Made by a program: the position numbers and the translations under genes. Source: Deltaproteobacteria bacterium (lineage in GTDB: Bacteria > Myxococcota > Kuafuiibacteriia > Kuafuiibacteriales > Kuafuiibacteriaceae). From it: DNA of 64,000 nt. Of the stretch, positions 49,701-58,132 are shown piece by piece. Position 1 is the stretch's first letter. Each line of letters starts with the position of its first letter. Location: assembly GCA_040218735.1 (NCBI GenBank), contig JAVJQW010000057.1:160001-224000 (forward strand), in the 5' to 3' direction. The notes under the pieces are model-generated. The model was not told the DNA's origin. It ran no database searches and worked only from the letters and a program-made list of their open reading frames with translations.

Positions 49701-51407
49701 CGCGACCTCGGTGTCCGAGAGCGACGCCGAACGCTCGAGTCGCTTCAGTAGACCGTCGACCGCAGCACGAGCGTTCGCGTTGGCCGGCTCCAGCGTGAGG
49801 CCCGCCGCGAGGATCTCCACCGCGCGCGGCTCGTTGCCCTTGCCCGAGATCAGCGTCTGCGACGCGTCCTTCTCCGAGTCCCTCCGGCGCAGCCGCGCGA
49901 TGTCGATTCCGCGCTGCGCGAGCCGCGACCGCGGCGCCGCCGCGAGGGCCTGCGTGAACGCCGTCTCCGCCGCCGCGAAGTTGCCGGCCTTGAGCTCGTC
50001 CGCGCCCTTCGTGGAGGGGGTGCGCATCGCCTCCGGCGCGGCGCTCGCGTTGAGCGCGGCGAGCAGCAGCGACGCCGCCTCGCGGTCGTCCTTCTTCTTC
50101 GCCGCCTTCAGCGCGTCGTCGATCAGATCCTGGAACGAGTCCGCGCGCAGCTTGCGACGCAGCGCCTCGATCCCCGGCAGCTCGTCTTCGAACGCGGAGA
50201 TCTCCGCGATGATCTGCAGCGCCTTCGTCGGCTGTCGCTTCTCCAGCCGCTCCGCGCTCTTGAGCGTCTTACGCGCCCCGGCGACCGCGTAGGCCTGCGC
50301 CGCCTCGTACAGCGGCGAGCCCTCTTCGAGCTTCGCATTCTCGATCGCCTCGCGGCCCTTCCCGGGATCGCCATCCTTCACGAGATCGAGCGCAGCGCGC
50401 AGGACGTCCGCGCTCACCTGCTCGAGACCCGCGACGTCGATCGCCGCGAGGAGCGCACGGTGCGCGCGCGGGAGCTGATTCCGATCCGCGAGTTTCTTCG
50501 CAGCGTTCGCCTTCTCCGTGAGGAGCTGCGCGCGGACCTTCTTGATCTCGTCATCGATGCTCGCCGGCACCGCGCCGGACTTCGTCACACGCTCGTACAG
50601 CTTCAACGCCCGCTCGTAGCGACCGCGCTCGACCTCGCGTCGCGCCGCTTCGAGCTTCGAAAGGATCGCGGACGCGCGCCGCTTCACCTGGTCCATCTGC
50701 GCCTTGATCTCGGGCAGCGGCATCTTCGCGTACGCCTGCTGGTACAGCTCGTACGCGCCGATCGCGTCGCCCGACTGCGCCTTCTCCTCGGCCTGCTCCG
50801 CGATCGAGAGCGCCTCCGCGCGGACGAACGCGTCCGCGCGCATGTTCGGCGTCGTCGGATCGATCTCCTTCGCGCGCGAGTAGTGTTGGAACGCGCGGCC
50901 GCCCTCCCCCGACGCCAAGAAGCCTTCGGCGAGATCGAGGTGGTGTTTGTAGGCCGCGGCGCGCGCGCCCGCGAGGGAACGATTCGCGATGTCGTTGTTC
51001 GGGTGCGCGGTCTGAACGGTGAGCACCGCTTCGTACCATTCGTTCGGTCCGAGGTTGCGCGCCTTGGCCCCGGACAGCGAGCCGCGCACCGCGTAGTCGG
51101 AGTTCGCGGGCGAAAGCTCGGAGGCCTTCTGCCACGCGGCGCTCGCCTCGGTCCACGCGCCGGACTTCTCCTTCGCGACGGCTTCGGCCTCGTGTTTCTT
51201 GGCGAGCTCGACGCGGACCTTCTCCTGCGCCACCTTGTACTTGGCGTTGTTCGGGTCGGCGGCGAGCGCTTCGGTGTACGCCTTGTCCGCGGCTTCGAGG
51301 TCTCCGCGTTTGTACGCGTCCTCTCCGGCGTTGAACTGTTTGAGGCCGGCGCCGAGGCAGCCGGCGGCAGCGAGTGCGAAGACGAGGGCGAGCAGCGGTC
51401 GCTTCAT
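46794..51407 (-). CDS. Giant TPR-like helical-repeat lipoprotein (about 1537 aa), paralog 2, with extra C-terminal alpha/beta domain
   Basis: MKRPLLALVFALAAAGC lipobox; TPR-like repeats; collinear similarity with 17375-21433. Confidence 0.88.
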   Translation of the reverse strand: MKRPLLALVFALAAAGCLGAGLKQFNAGEDAYKRGDLEAADKAYTEALAADPNNAKYKVAQEKVRVELAKKHEAEAVAKEKSGAWTEASAAWQKASELSPANSDYAVRGSLSGAKARNLGPNEWYEAVLTVQTAHPNNDIANRSLAGARAAAYKHHLDLAEGFLASGEGGRAFQHYSRAKEIDPTTPNMRADAFVRAEALSIAEQAEEKAQSGDAIGAYELYQQAYAKMPLPEIKAQMDQVKRRASAILSKLEAARREVERGRYERALKLYERVTKSGAVPASIDDEIKKVRAQLLTEKANAAKKLADRNQLPRAHRALLAAIDVAGLEQVSADVLRAALDLVKDGDPGKGREAIENAKLEEGSPLYEAAQAYAVAGARKTLKSAERLEKRQPTKALQIIAEISAFEDELPGIEALRRKLRADSFQDLIDDALKAAKKKDDREAASLLLAALNASAAPEAMRTPSTKGADELKAGNFAAAETAFTQALAAAPRSRLAQRGIDIARLRRRDSEKDASQTLISGKGNEPRAVEILAAGLTLEPANANARAAVDGLLKRLERSASLSDTEVADLVAYANKLAGLGADVTGKIDTGASSLREGDLQGAESAFGEALSKAPSARLAEVSRKVTKDRMLSALTSDAQAAVKGDESSAESLAELLKRDPNNPQAKKALADLIETAKGYAKDNNDKEAARYLKLATIATSPAPGVRAALDEANTALDGGKMGDAESKYSDAMDLEPTQPVAKAGFEIAKAARVAMLSGAIAQAKEGGNLDAAREALERTLKMDPNSPEAKKAFTELLSEAERQGDAGNDAQAAALLSAANVVSKPETVKNEIGRANDLLGKKDFDGAVSAYEAVASKGESKVVTTGLAIAKKRRVVTLVDAAAGLRNGSDEERGAEATAKLRKIDPANSAVDEIVNAAITRAEASAAKGDDAAAAKTLTAIAIAVGEEKQTKSAIELLAKGKYGEAEIMFGKAAPSDLTRRGQAIARGRKLGTLAKDISSGGQDAALAVKALLAADPNNKEAQKAFTAYLDKARAEGRAGNDKGAAEQLANANIAAGATDALTESIKIGIDHLGEGRYAEAERGFSGALEISKTSQVARTGHEIAKSRREKQEQDAIKAIAGSGDPRPHAKVLGASLIVEPSSQAVSKALAELMKRAERSAKRGADSETAQELEAAALLENKGIETVKLVTEASALYAKSSFEEAQSAFVEIGSAKNGNGSKVAKLGEELALGRRVSILEDQFAAAKKDNDVLRQADVAASLLKLDPNHREAKRSMGSLQTQVKQSRLSTAETHASQGKPGVAYVYLERALALDEDDKAARAKMDEVTAALKKRMDLVMVVDSVMRGDKVRDSDCKGFDPIVREETMEITSRRKDLGGWVLSPSWTEAWKKKDPKAPEVSGSIRMKLMKCQITPSTGKANIEWQILSPVGEREVSRGTLEATLPGGVIPLEEQDGAGKNARMAFAKHVAEKLGDAIEVSRDTTDLWLLVLAEHAVEKGDAVLAADAYARLRIDPPLSIKPDRMKKVEQFLEEKFR

Positions 51408-51513
51408 GGCGGTTCCCATACAGAAGTCAGACGGGGGTCGGCCACCGTGATTTCACGTGCACACGGTCGGTCCGCTTGCCCCGCGGATGCAGATCACCCA
51501 GTTTTCCGTCGCG

Positions 51514-51969
51514 ATGCGCCGTATCTTCCCGATTTTTGTCCTTTTCCTCGCCGGATGCCCCGCCGAGGCCCCCCGCGAAGCCGCCCCGCCGCCGACCGAG
51601 GCGGTCGACTGGGCCGCCGCCTTCGACCACGAGGTCCGGTACGACGCCGCGCAGAAGGCCGTGGTGGTGGATGTGAAGATCGCGCCGGGGTTCCACGCCT
51701 ACACCGTCGGCGAGACGACCGGGCGCCCCCTGAAGCTGAGCGTCGACGATCCGTGGAAGCTCGGCGACGTCGCCTACCCGAAGGGCCTCGCGAAGAACCT
51801 CCCCATCGGGAAGAGCGTCATCGTGGAGGGCAGCGCCTCCGTGGTCGGGCCGGTCACGGCGCCCGAAGCCCCGCCCGCCCAGATCACCGGCGAGTTCGCG
51901 TACCAGGTCTGCACCGACGAGGCGTGTGACCGTCCGAGGTCCGCGAAGTTCGCGGTGAAGCCCGAATGA
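51514..51969 (+). CDS. Stand-alone DsbD N-terminal (Ig-like redox) domain lipoprotein
   Basis: Lipobox FLAGC; IAPGFHAY, YP, YQVCTDEACDRP (CxxxxC). Confidence 0.75.
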   Translation: MRRIFPIFVLFLAGCPAEAPREAAPPPTEAVDWAAAFDHEVRYDAAQKAVVVDVKIAPGFHAYTVGETTGRPLKLSVDDPWKLGDVAYPKGLAKNLPIGKSVIVEGSASVVGPVTAPEAPPAQITGEFAYQVCTDEACDRPRSAKFAVKPE

Positions 51970-52021
51970 CGCCGACGCATCTCACCCGGGGCGCCCAGCG
52001 CCTGCGGTATGTTCCGCGGCG

Positions 52022-52843
52022 ATGAGCGACGACCTCCTCGTAGTCAGGACCGAGCGCCGCGTGCGCACGCTGCGGATGAACAACCCGCGACGGCTCAACG
52101 GTTGGACGCTCGCGATGCAGAGCGCGATCGGCGCGGCGCTCGACGCGGCGGCGCGCGACGACGACGTCGGCGCCGTCGTCTTGACTGGGACCGGGCGGTA
52201 CTACTCCGCGGGCGCGGATCTCAGCGGTTCCTTCCGCCTCGGACACCCGCGCGAGCTCCGCGCGATGATCGTGCGGAAGAACTACGAGCTGTTCGACCAG
52301 TTCATTCGTTTCGAAAAGCCGATCCTGATCGCGGCGAACGGCACCGTGCTCGGCGCCGCCGTCACGACGAGTGTCCTGTGCGACGCGATCCTCGCCGCCG
52401 AGAGCGCGAGCTTCTCGACGCCGTTCGCGCGGCTCGGCGTCCCTCCCGAGGGGTGCTCGACCGTCCTGTTCCCGCGGCTCTTCGGCGAAGAGGTCACCGA
52501 GCGGATCATCGGCGCGGAGGGCTTCCAACCCACCGCGGCCGAAGCGCTCGAGATCGGCCTGGTCGATTGGGTCGTCCCCGACGATGCGCTGCTGACCCGC
52601 GCACAAGAGATCGCGGAGGGCTGGGTCGCCGAAGGGCGTCCGCGGACCTACCGCGGTGCGATCACCCGCGCCGAGCTCGAGGCGGCGAACGCGCGTGAGT
52701 CCGAGGAAGTCGCCAATGCCTTCTTGTCGCGCCGGTTTCTGATGAATCAGTACCGGTTCCTCAAGTCGAAGAAGAAGACCGGCCCGGCGATGACGTTCTT
52801 CGCGCTCGCGATGACACGACCGCTGTGGGGGCGGCTGCTCTGA
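52022..52843 (+). CDS. Enoyl-CoA hydratase/isomerase family protein (Delta3-Delta2 isomerase-like)
   Basis: NNPRRLN, LTGTGRYYSAGADL, KPILIAANG, PFARLGVPPEGCS. Confidence 0.92.
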   Translation: MSDDLLVVRTERRVRTLRMNNPRRLNGWTLAMQSAIGAALDAAARDDDVGAVVLTGTGRYYSAGADLSGSFRLGHPRELRAMIVRKNYELFDQFIRFEKPILIAANGTVLGAAVTTSVLCDAILAAESASFSTPFARLGVPPEGCSTVLFPRLFGEEVTERIIGAEGFQPTAAEALEIGLVDWVVPDDALLTRAQEIAEGWVAEGRPRTYRGAITRAELEAANARESEEVANAFLSRRFLMNQYRFLKSKKKTGPAMTFFALAMTRPLWGRLL

Positions 52844-52879
52844 CGCCGGCCGCACGACGGCGGCGCTTCACGCCTCGAC

Positions 52880-54886
52880 CTAGAGGGAACGAAGGAAGCT
52901 CAACAGCTGCTCGCGCGCGGCGGCGTCGAGCGCGAGGTATGCGTCGCGCGCCGCCGTGCCCTCCCCGCCGTGCCAACGGATCGCTTCGTCCAACGTCCGG
53001 GCGCGTCCGTCGTGCAGGTACGCCTCGGCTCCGCTGACGCCCGCCGTGCGCCCGATCCCCCACAGCGGCGCGGTCCGCCACTCGGCGCCCGACGCGTCGC
53101 CTTCGGGGAGCGCATCCGCGAGGCCCGGCCCCATGTCGTGGAGCAGCAGGTCGGTGTACGGCGCGATCGTCTGCGCGCGGACTTCGGCGTTCGGCGCAAA
53201 CGCGGAGGTCGTGAACCGATCGACGTGGCAGGCGACGCACCCCGTCGTGCGAAACACTTCGGCGCCGTCCGTCACGTCCGGATCGTCGAAGTCGCGTTGA
53301 GGCCGCATCCCCAACAGCGCCACGTAGAGCGCGAGGTCGTCGAGCGCGTCGTCGTCCAGCTCCGCACCCGACGGTCCGCAACCGGTCTGCGCCGCGCCAC
53401 AGTCCGGCGTCGGATAGACGGAGGTGAGCACACCCATGTCCGTGCGGAGCGCCGCCGCCGTCTGCGCACGGACGGTCGGCTGGCTCGCCTTGTAACCGAA
53501 CCGCCCGAGGCGCTCGCCGACGACGTGCATGCGACCCGAGATCCGATCGCCGTCCGCGTCGTCCGGATCCGCGAGCGCCGCCACAGCCTCCTCCGGGATG
53601 GCTTCGAGTAACCCGAGGCCGACGAGCTGCGGGGAGATGCGCGCCGAGAAGTGCTCCGGCGCCGCGCCGTCGAACGCGTAGCGCGGGCGTCGCAGACCGT
53701 CCTCTTCTTCCCACGCCGCGAGCGTGACGTCCGGTTCGCCGCTCGGCTGGAGGACGTCGCCGAGCTCGGGGTGCGGCCCGCCGTCCGCGGTGCCGACCTT
53801 CACGACGTACTGCGAGAGCTCAGCGCCGACGGATGGAGGCACCGCGCGTCCGTTGCGAACGTGGCAAGCGTTACACGCGTCGTTGATCGCGAGCGGCCCG
53901 GCCTTGCCCGCTTGCTCGGTCCACACCGGGTTCTCGGCGGATTCGTCGTGGCGCCCAGTGTCGAAGCTCGTGTGCGCGAGGCGTCGCCCGACGACGAATC
54001 GCTGCGCGTGGTCGGGCGCGAGGTTCGTCGGCATCTGGCTGAAGTCGTACGGCGGCTCGTCGGACTCCGCGGCGTGGATCGTCGTGTCGCCGCCCAGACG
54101 CGCCGCCTCCGGAATCACTTCGGAGTCCCGGAGCGGTCCGCTCCCGATCCACGGCACCAGACCCTCGCCGACGATGTAGAGGAACGTCGTGCCGTAGTAG
54201 TTGGTGCGCCCGCGCGGCGGTGCGTCGAGGAACTGGCTGATCTCGAGCTCCATCTTGTCGCCGACCTGAAGGGGGCGCCCCTCGCGCGCGTTGAAGCTGA
54301 CCTCGCGCGTGTAGTGGAGGTCGTCGATCGCCGTCATGGGCCGGTTGTCGTGGTACTCGGCGACGGTGTTCTGGCCCCGGTAGAAAAACCTCAGCTCCGC
54401 CTGCATCGCTTGGAGCTTCCACTCGGACTCCACGTCGAAGCGAATCGTGTCGCCACCCTTGCCCACGGTGTCGGTGACCTCGACGCGGACCGTTCGATGC
54501 TCCCAGTACAGCGGGAGGTAGTGCTCGTACGCTTGGAACTGAGCTTCGCGAGCGTGCCGGTCGCGCCCGCGATCCGCGAAGCGCGTGATGAGCGCCGTCG
54601 GTGTGTCCTCGACGAGCGGCGCGTCCAGCACCGTCGACTCGTCGAAGAGCGGCACGAGGGTCGGGGCCGCGTCGGGCCTGCCCGCGTCGGCAACGCCAGC
54701 GTCGAAGCGATCGCCCCCCGCATCGACCGCCGCGCCGCCGTCACGCACCCCGCCATCCGCGGGGGCCGGTCCGGGGTCCGGCGTCGTCTGCGCGCCCGTG
54801 CACGCAAACGAAAAGAGGGAGAGAATCAGAGCCGGCCACTTTGTTTGCAACCCGAACAAACTAAGTGAGCACGACGAGGCGGTCAA
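52880..54886 (-). CDS. Di-heme oxidoreductase family (DHOR/DUF1111) lipoprotein
   Basis: Heme motifs CNACH and CVACH; GLGLLEAIP, GRFGYKA, YTDLLLHDMG, EWRTAPLWG, YLHDGRARTL.EAI.WHGGE; lipobox-like SFAC. Start uncertain. Confidence 0.88.
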   Translation of the reverse strand: MTASSCSLSLFGLQTKWPALILSLFSFACTGAQTTPDPGPAPADGGVRDGGAAVDAGGDRFDAGVADAGRPDAAPTLVPLFDESTVLDAPLVEDTPTALITRFADRGRDRHAREAQFQAYEHYLPLYWEHRTVRVEVTDTVGKGGDTIRFDVESEWKLQAMQAELRFFYRGQNTVAEYHDNRPMTAIDDLHYTREVSFNAREGRPLQVGDKMELEISQFLDAPPRGRTNYYGTTFLYIVGEGLVPWIGSGPLRDSEVIPEAARLGGDTTIHAAESDEPPYDFSQMPTNLAPDHAQRFVVGRRLAHTSFDTGRHDESAENPVWTEQAGKAGPLAINDACNACHVRNGRAVPPSVGAELSQYVVKVGTADGGPHPELGDVLQPSGEPDVTLAAWEEEDGLRRPRYAFDGAAPEHFSARISPQLVGLGLLEAIPEEAVAALADPDDADGDRISGRMHVVGERLGRFGYKASQPTVRAQTAAALRTDMGVLTSVYPTPDCGAAQTGCGPSGAELDDDALDDLALYVALLGMRPQRDFDDPDVTDGAEVFRTTGCVACHVDRFTTSAFAPNAEVRAQTIAPYTDLLLHDMGPGLADALPEGDASGAEWRTAPLWGIGRTAGVSGAEAYLHDGRARTLDEAIRWHGGEGTAARDAYLALDAAAREQLLSFLRSL

Positions 54887-54928
54887 TGACCGGGTCGACG
54901 GACCGATCGTCTTCGCTGGGGCGTGGGG

Positions 54929-55450
54929 TCAGCCGACGCGGAACGCGCGGCGGCCGTTCTTGGGGCGGCCGCCCGGGTTCGTCGGGGTTGGATCCACCGT
55001 GATCGGCGGCAGCCCGAAGCCGTCCTCGCCGCGGCGCTCGGTGCCCGGTCGCTGCGACTCCTCGAAGCTCGCGGCGACCTCGGCCCAGGCGCCCTGCTGA
55101 AGCTGCTGCGCCGTGAAGGTCAGCGGCGGCGCTTCCTCGGGGGTGTGCGGCCCGTCGATGCGGACCGTCCCGTTGTTGGCCGCGCCGCCTCCGCCGCGTC
55201 GACCGCCCGAGAACGACTCCCAGTCCCCGCCGCGCTGGTCGCGGAGGGCCCCCTGCTGCGCGAGCAGAGCCTCCCGGCGCCTCAGCTCGTCGGCGACATC
55301 GGTGTGCTGCCGCGAGGGGTCGATCCCCTGATCGCCGATCTCGAGCTGCCGACCGGGGACGAGCCGGTCGAGGTGCTCCGCGCCGTTGAAGTCGACGCGG
55401 TTCGGCTGACCGGTGCTGACACCGGTCCCATGGACGTTGGGCAAAGACAT
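54929..55450 (-). CDS. Hypothetical, probably disordered protein
   Basis: ORF fills the gap on the same strand as its neighbours; G/Q/R/P-rich; start ATG 55450 assumed. Confidence 0.5.
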   Translation of the reverse strand: MSLPNVHGTGVSTGQPNRVDFNGAEHLDRLVPGRQLEIGDQGIDPSRQHTDVADELRRREALLAQQGALRDQRGGDWESFSGGRRGGGGAANNGTVRIDGPHTPEEAPPLTFTAQQLQQGAWAEVAASFEESQRPGTERRGEDGFGLPPITVDPTPTNPGGRPKNGRRAFRVG

Positions 55451-55508
55451 CCCGGGTCGACGCATTATCGGTGCGACGACTCGGGTGTTGCGTCTTTTCG
55501 TCGATTTT

Positions 55509-55979
55509 TCAGGCCAGGCGAACCGCCGGGACGCGCGCGAGGACACGCGCGAGCAGATCCGCCGTCTGCCTCTGAATCCCGGGCGCCCCGCTCTCCCGCG
55601 GGCCCGCGACGTTCAGCACCTTCGGCTGCACCCGCTCCACCCACGCGACGATCTCGTCGACCGGGTCCAGGCCCAGCGTCAGATCCACCACGAGGAGCGG
55701 CCTGCGCACGCTCTCGGCGTGCTCGACGGTCAGGCGCGTGCCCCCCATCGGCGCTCCCCGCGTGAACACGAGCGTCGCGGAGCTGGTCTCGACGTTGCGC
55801 TGCGTCCGGCAGTGCACGTTCTCCGAGCGGGTCTCCTGGAGCGGATACTGGACGGGTATCGGGCCGTCCTCCGCCCAGCGGCCCCGCGGGCACCAGCCGC
55901 CGACCTCGAACCCGAGCGCCATCCCGACGTCCAGCGCCGCGCGGTCGACCCCCGTCTGTCCCCCCGAAACGATCTTCAT
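55509..55979 (-). CDS. Putative molybdenum-carrier / circularly permuted YpsA (SLOG) family protein
   Basis: KIVSGGQTGVDRAALD, GGWCPRGR.AEDG, RT..NV, GGT..T, LNVAGPRES..PG. Confidence 0.9.
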   Translation of the reverse strand: MKIVSGGQTGVDRAALDVGMALGFEVGGWCPRGRWAEDGPIPVQYPLQETRSENVHCRTQRNVETSSATLVFTRGAPMGGTRLTVEHAESVRRPLLVVDLTLGLDPVDEIVAWVERVQPKVLNVAGPRESGAPGIQRQTADLLARVLARVPAVRLA

Positions 55980-56028
55980 CCCCTGCATCGTTCGCCGGGG
56001 GAGGCCGTACCCCGAAAGGGTTTCGACT

Positions 56029-57411
56029 TCAACCGTTTTTCGTATCAGCCGAGCGTCGGGGCGGCCGACCGATCCGCACCTCGGCGGTCCCGAGCGCCCG
56101 CTCGACGCTGCGCGCGACGGCCAGGAGCCGGTGGTCTTCGCCGCGCCGCCCGATCAGGTGCAGCCCGATGGGCATGCCTTCGGGATCGAGCGCGATGGGG
56201 ATCGTCACCGCGCACTGCCCGAGGCAGTTCACGATCGACGTGTTGCGCAGCGCGAGCATATTCGCGCGCCGGTAGGCTTCGATGTCGGTGATGCTCGCGA
56301 CCTCGGGCGGTGTGCCCGCGCAGGTCGGCGTGAGCCACGCGTCGAACGGCGCGATGCGCGCGTCCGCCGCATCGCTCAGACGACGAATCTCTTCGAGCCG
56401 CGCGACGTACTGGTACGCCGGCTCCTCCGCCACACCGACGACGCGATCGCGCACGACCGGATCGAGGTGCTCGATGCGATCTTCCAGCTCGGTCTTCAGG
56501 AACGCGTAGAGCTCCTGCGCCGCGACGCCCCCCGCACGGAAGAGTTGGCGCGCCGCCTCCCCCTCTGGGACGTCGACCGGCGTGACGCGCGCACCGCACG
56601 CCGCGAGCGCGCCCGCTGCGGACTCGACGGCCTCCGCGATCCCCGGATCACATTCGTCGAAGAACGGCGCACCGGGGACGCCGAAGCGGAGCGACGAAAG
56701 GTCCGGCGTGTCGGGGACGGTCGTGCCATCGATCGTCTCGAACGCGACGATCGCGTCCTCGACGGTGCGCGTGAGGATGCCCGGCGTGTCGAGCGAAGTG
56801 CTGAGCGGCACGATGCCCTGCGTCGACCACCGCCCCTTCGTCGTCTTCACGCCGACGTTCCCGGTCATCGACGCGGGCACCCGAACGGAGCCCGCGGTGT
56901 CGGTGCCGAGCGCGACCAGCGCGCTGCCCTCGGCGAGTGAGACCCCCGCGCCGGCGCTGGACCCGCCGGGGATGCGGTGGCGTTCGGCGTCCCACGGGTT
57001 CTTGGGCGTGCCCCAGTGTTTGTTCATCCCGATGCCGGAGAACGCGAACTCCACGGTGTGGGTCTTGCCGACGATCAGCGCAAACGCATCGAGGCAGGCG
57101 CGGACGACCGGCCCCGGGAGATCGAACCGGTCCGGGAGGGGTGTCGGCGTGCCGGCGCACGTGTCGAAGCCGGGCACGCCGTACAGGTCCTTCACGGAGA
57201 TCGGGATGCCGTGCAGCGGGCCGAAGTCGCGCCCGAGCTTCAGCGCGGCGTCGGCGGCGCGCGCGGTCTCGCGGAGGCGGTCGTCGTCGACGGCGCGGTA
57301 GGCGAGCAGATCTTCGTCGCGGTTCGCGATGGCTTCCTCGGCGAGGGCCTCGACGGTGATCGCGCGGGTCCGTAGGAGCTTTCGGATCTCGTTCAGGCTT
57401 CGTTCGAGCAC
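56029..57411 (-). CDS. Amidase signature family enzyme
   Basis: GPLHGIPISVKD, PGGSSAG, GTDTAGSVRVPAS (Ser-cisSer-Lys triad). Start set to GTG 57411. Confidence 0.93.
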   Translation of the reverse strand: MLERSLNEIRKLLRTRAITVEALAEEAIANRDEDLLAYRAVDDDRLRETARAADAALKLGRDFGPLHGIPISVKDLYGVPGFDTCAGTPTPLPDRFDLPGPVVRACLDAFALIVGKTHTVEFAFSGIGMNKHWGTPKNPWDAERHRIPGGSSAGAGVSLAEGSALVALGTDTAGSVRVPASMTGNVGVKTTKGRWSTQGIVPLSTSLDTPGILTRTVEDAIVAFETIDGTTVPDTPDLSSLRFGVPGAPFFDECDPGIAEAVESAAGALAACGARVTPVDVPEGEAARQLFRAGGVAAQELYAFLKTELEDRIEHLDPVVRDRVVGVAEEPAYQYVARLEEIRRLSDAADARIAPFDAWLTPTCAGTPPEVASITDIEAYRRANMLALRNTSIVNCLGQCAVTIPIALDPEGMPIGLHLIGRRGEDHRLLAVARSVERALGTAEVRIGRPPRRSADTKNG

Positions 57412-57544
57412 GATGCGCGGTTGTAGCCCGAGTTCGTCCGGGTGTGACGGACGAATCCGGACGCCGTCACGAACACGCAACACCTTTGCGGGGTGAATCG
57501 AAACCGACGCGGCGCGGCACGAGATCTGCTTTCTCTTCCGCGCG

Positions 57545-58129
57545 ATGACCGCCCGTCTCATAGGCAGCGCCGCCGCTGCGATCGCGCTCACGTTCACCTT
57601 CGCGGCCCCCGCCCAAGCGAAGCCCTGCCGAACCAACATCCACGTCAACGGAAGCTGCGTCTCGACCACCAAGGTCCGAAAGCTCGAGCGCGCCTACGGA
57701 ACCGAGAGCCGCGCCGGGCGTTATTGGTACGACCGCCGCTCCGGCCTGATGGGCCTCGAAGGTCAGCCTCCCTTCACGCAGATCGCCGCGGGCCTCGACC
57801 TCGGCGGTCGCTTGAAACGAAACGCCTCGCAGGGCACGACCCGCGTGTTCATCAACGGGCGCGAGCTGCACACGACAGAGGTCGCGTTCCTGCGGCGCTT
57901 CGGCCCGGTGGTCCCCGGGCGCTACTGGATGAACGCACGGCTCGACGTCGGCTTCGAAGGCAACGCGAGGCCGTTTGCGAACCTCGGCGCGGCGATGCAA
58001 CGCGGTCGACGCGGCGGCGGCAGCAGCTACTACAGCAACAGCAACCTCGGAACCCACGCCGGAAGCTCCGGCGGCTGTTCGTATGTGTCCACGACGAGCG
58101 GCTCGGTCATGACCGGCAACTGCAACTGA
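57545..58129 (+). CDS. Small secreted protein with two 'VNG...GRYW' repeats (plant XLG/EDR4-like module)
   Basis: Signal peptide ending AQA; IHVNG..GRYWYDRRSGLMGLEG and VFINGREL..GRYWM; Gly/Ser/Cys tail. Confidence 0.75.
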   Translation: MTARLIGSAAAAIALTFTFAAPAQAKPCRTNIHVNGSCVSTTKVRKLERAYGTESRAGRYWYDRRSGLMGLEGQPPFTQIAAGLDLGGRLKRNASQGTTRVFINGRELHTTEVAFLRRFGPVVPGRYWMNARLDVGFEGNARPFANLGAAMQRGRRGGGSSYYSNSNLGTHAGSSGGCSYVSTTSGSVMTGNCN

Positions 58130-58132
58130 TCG

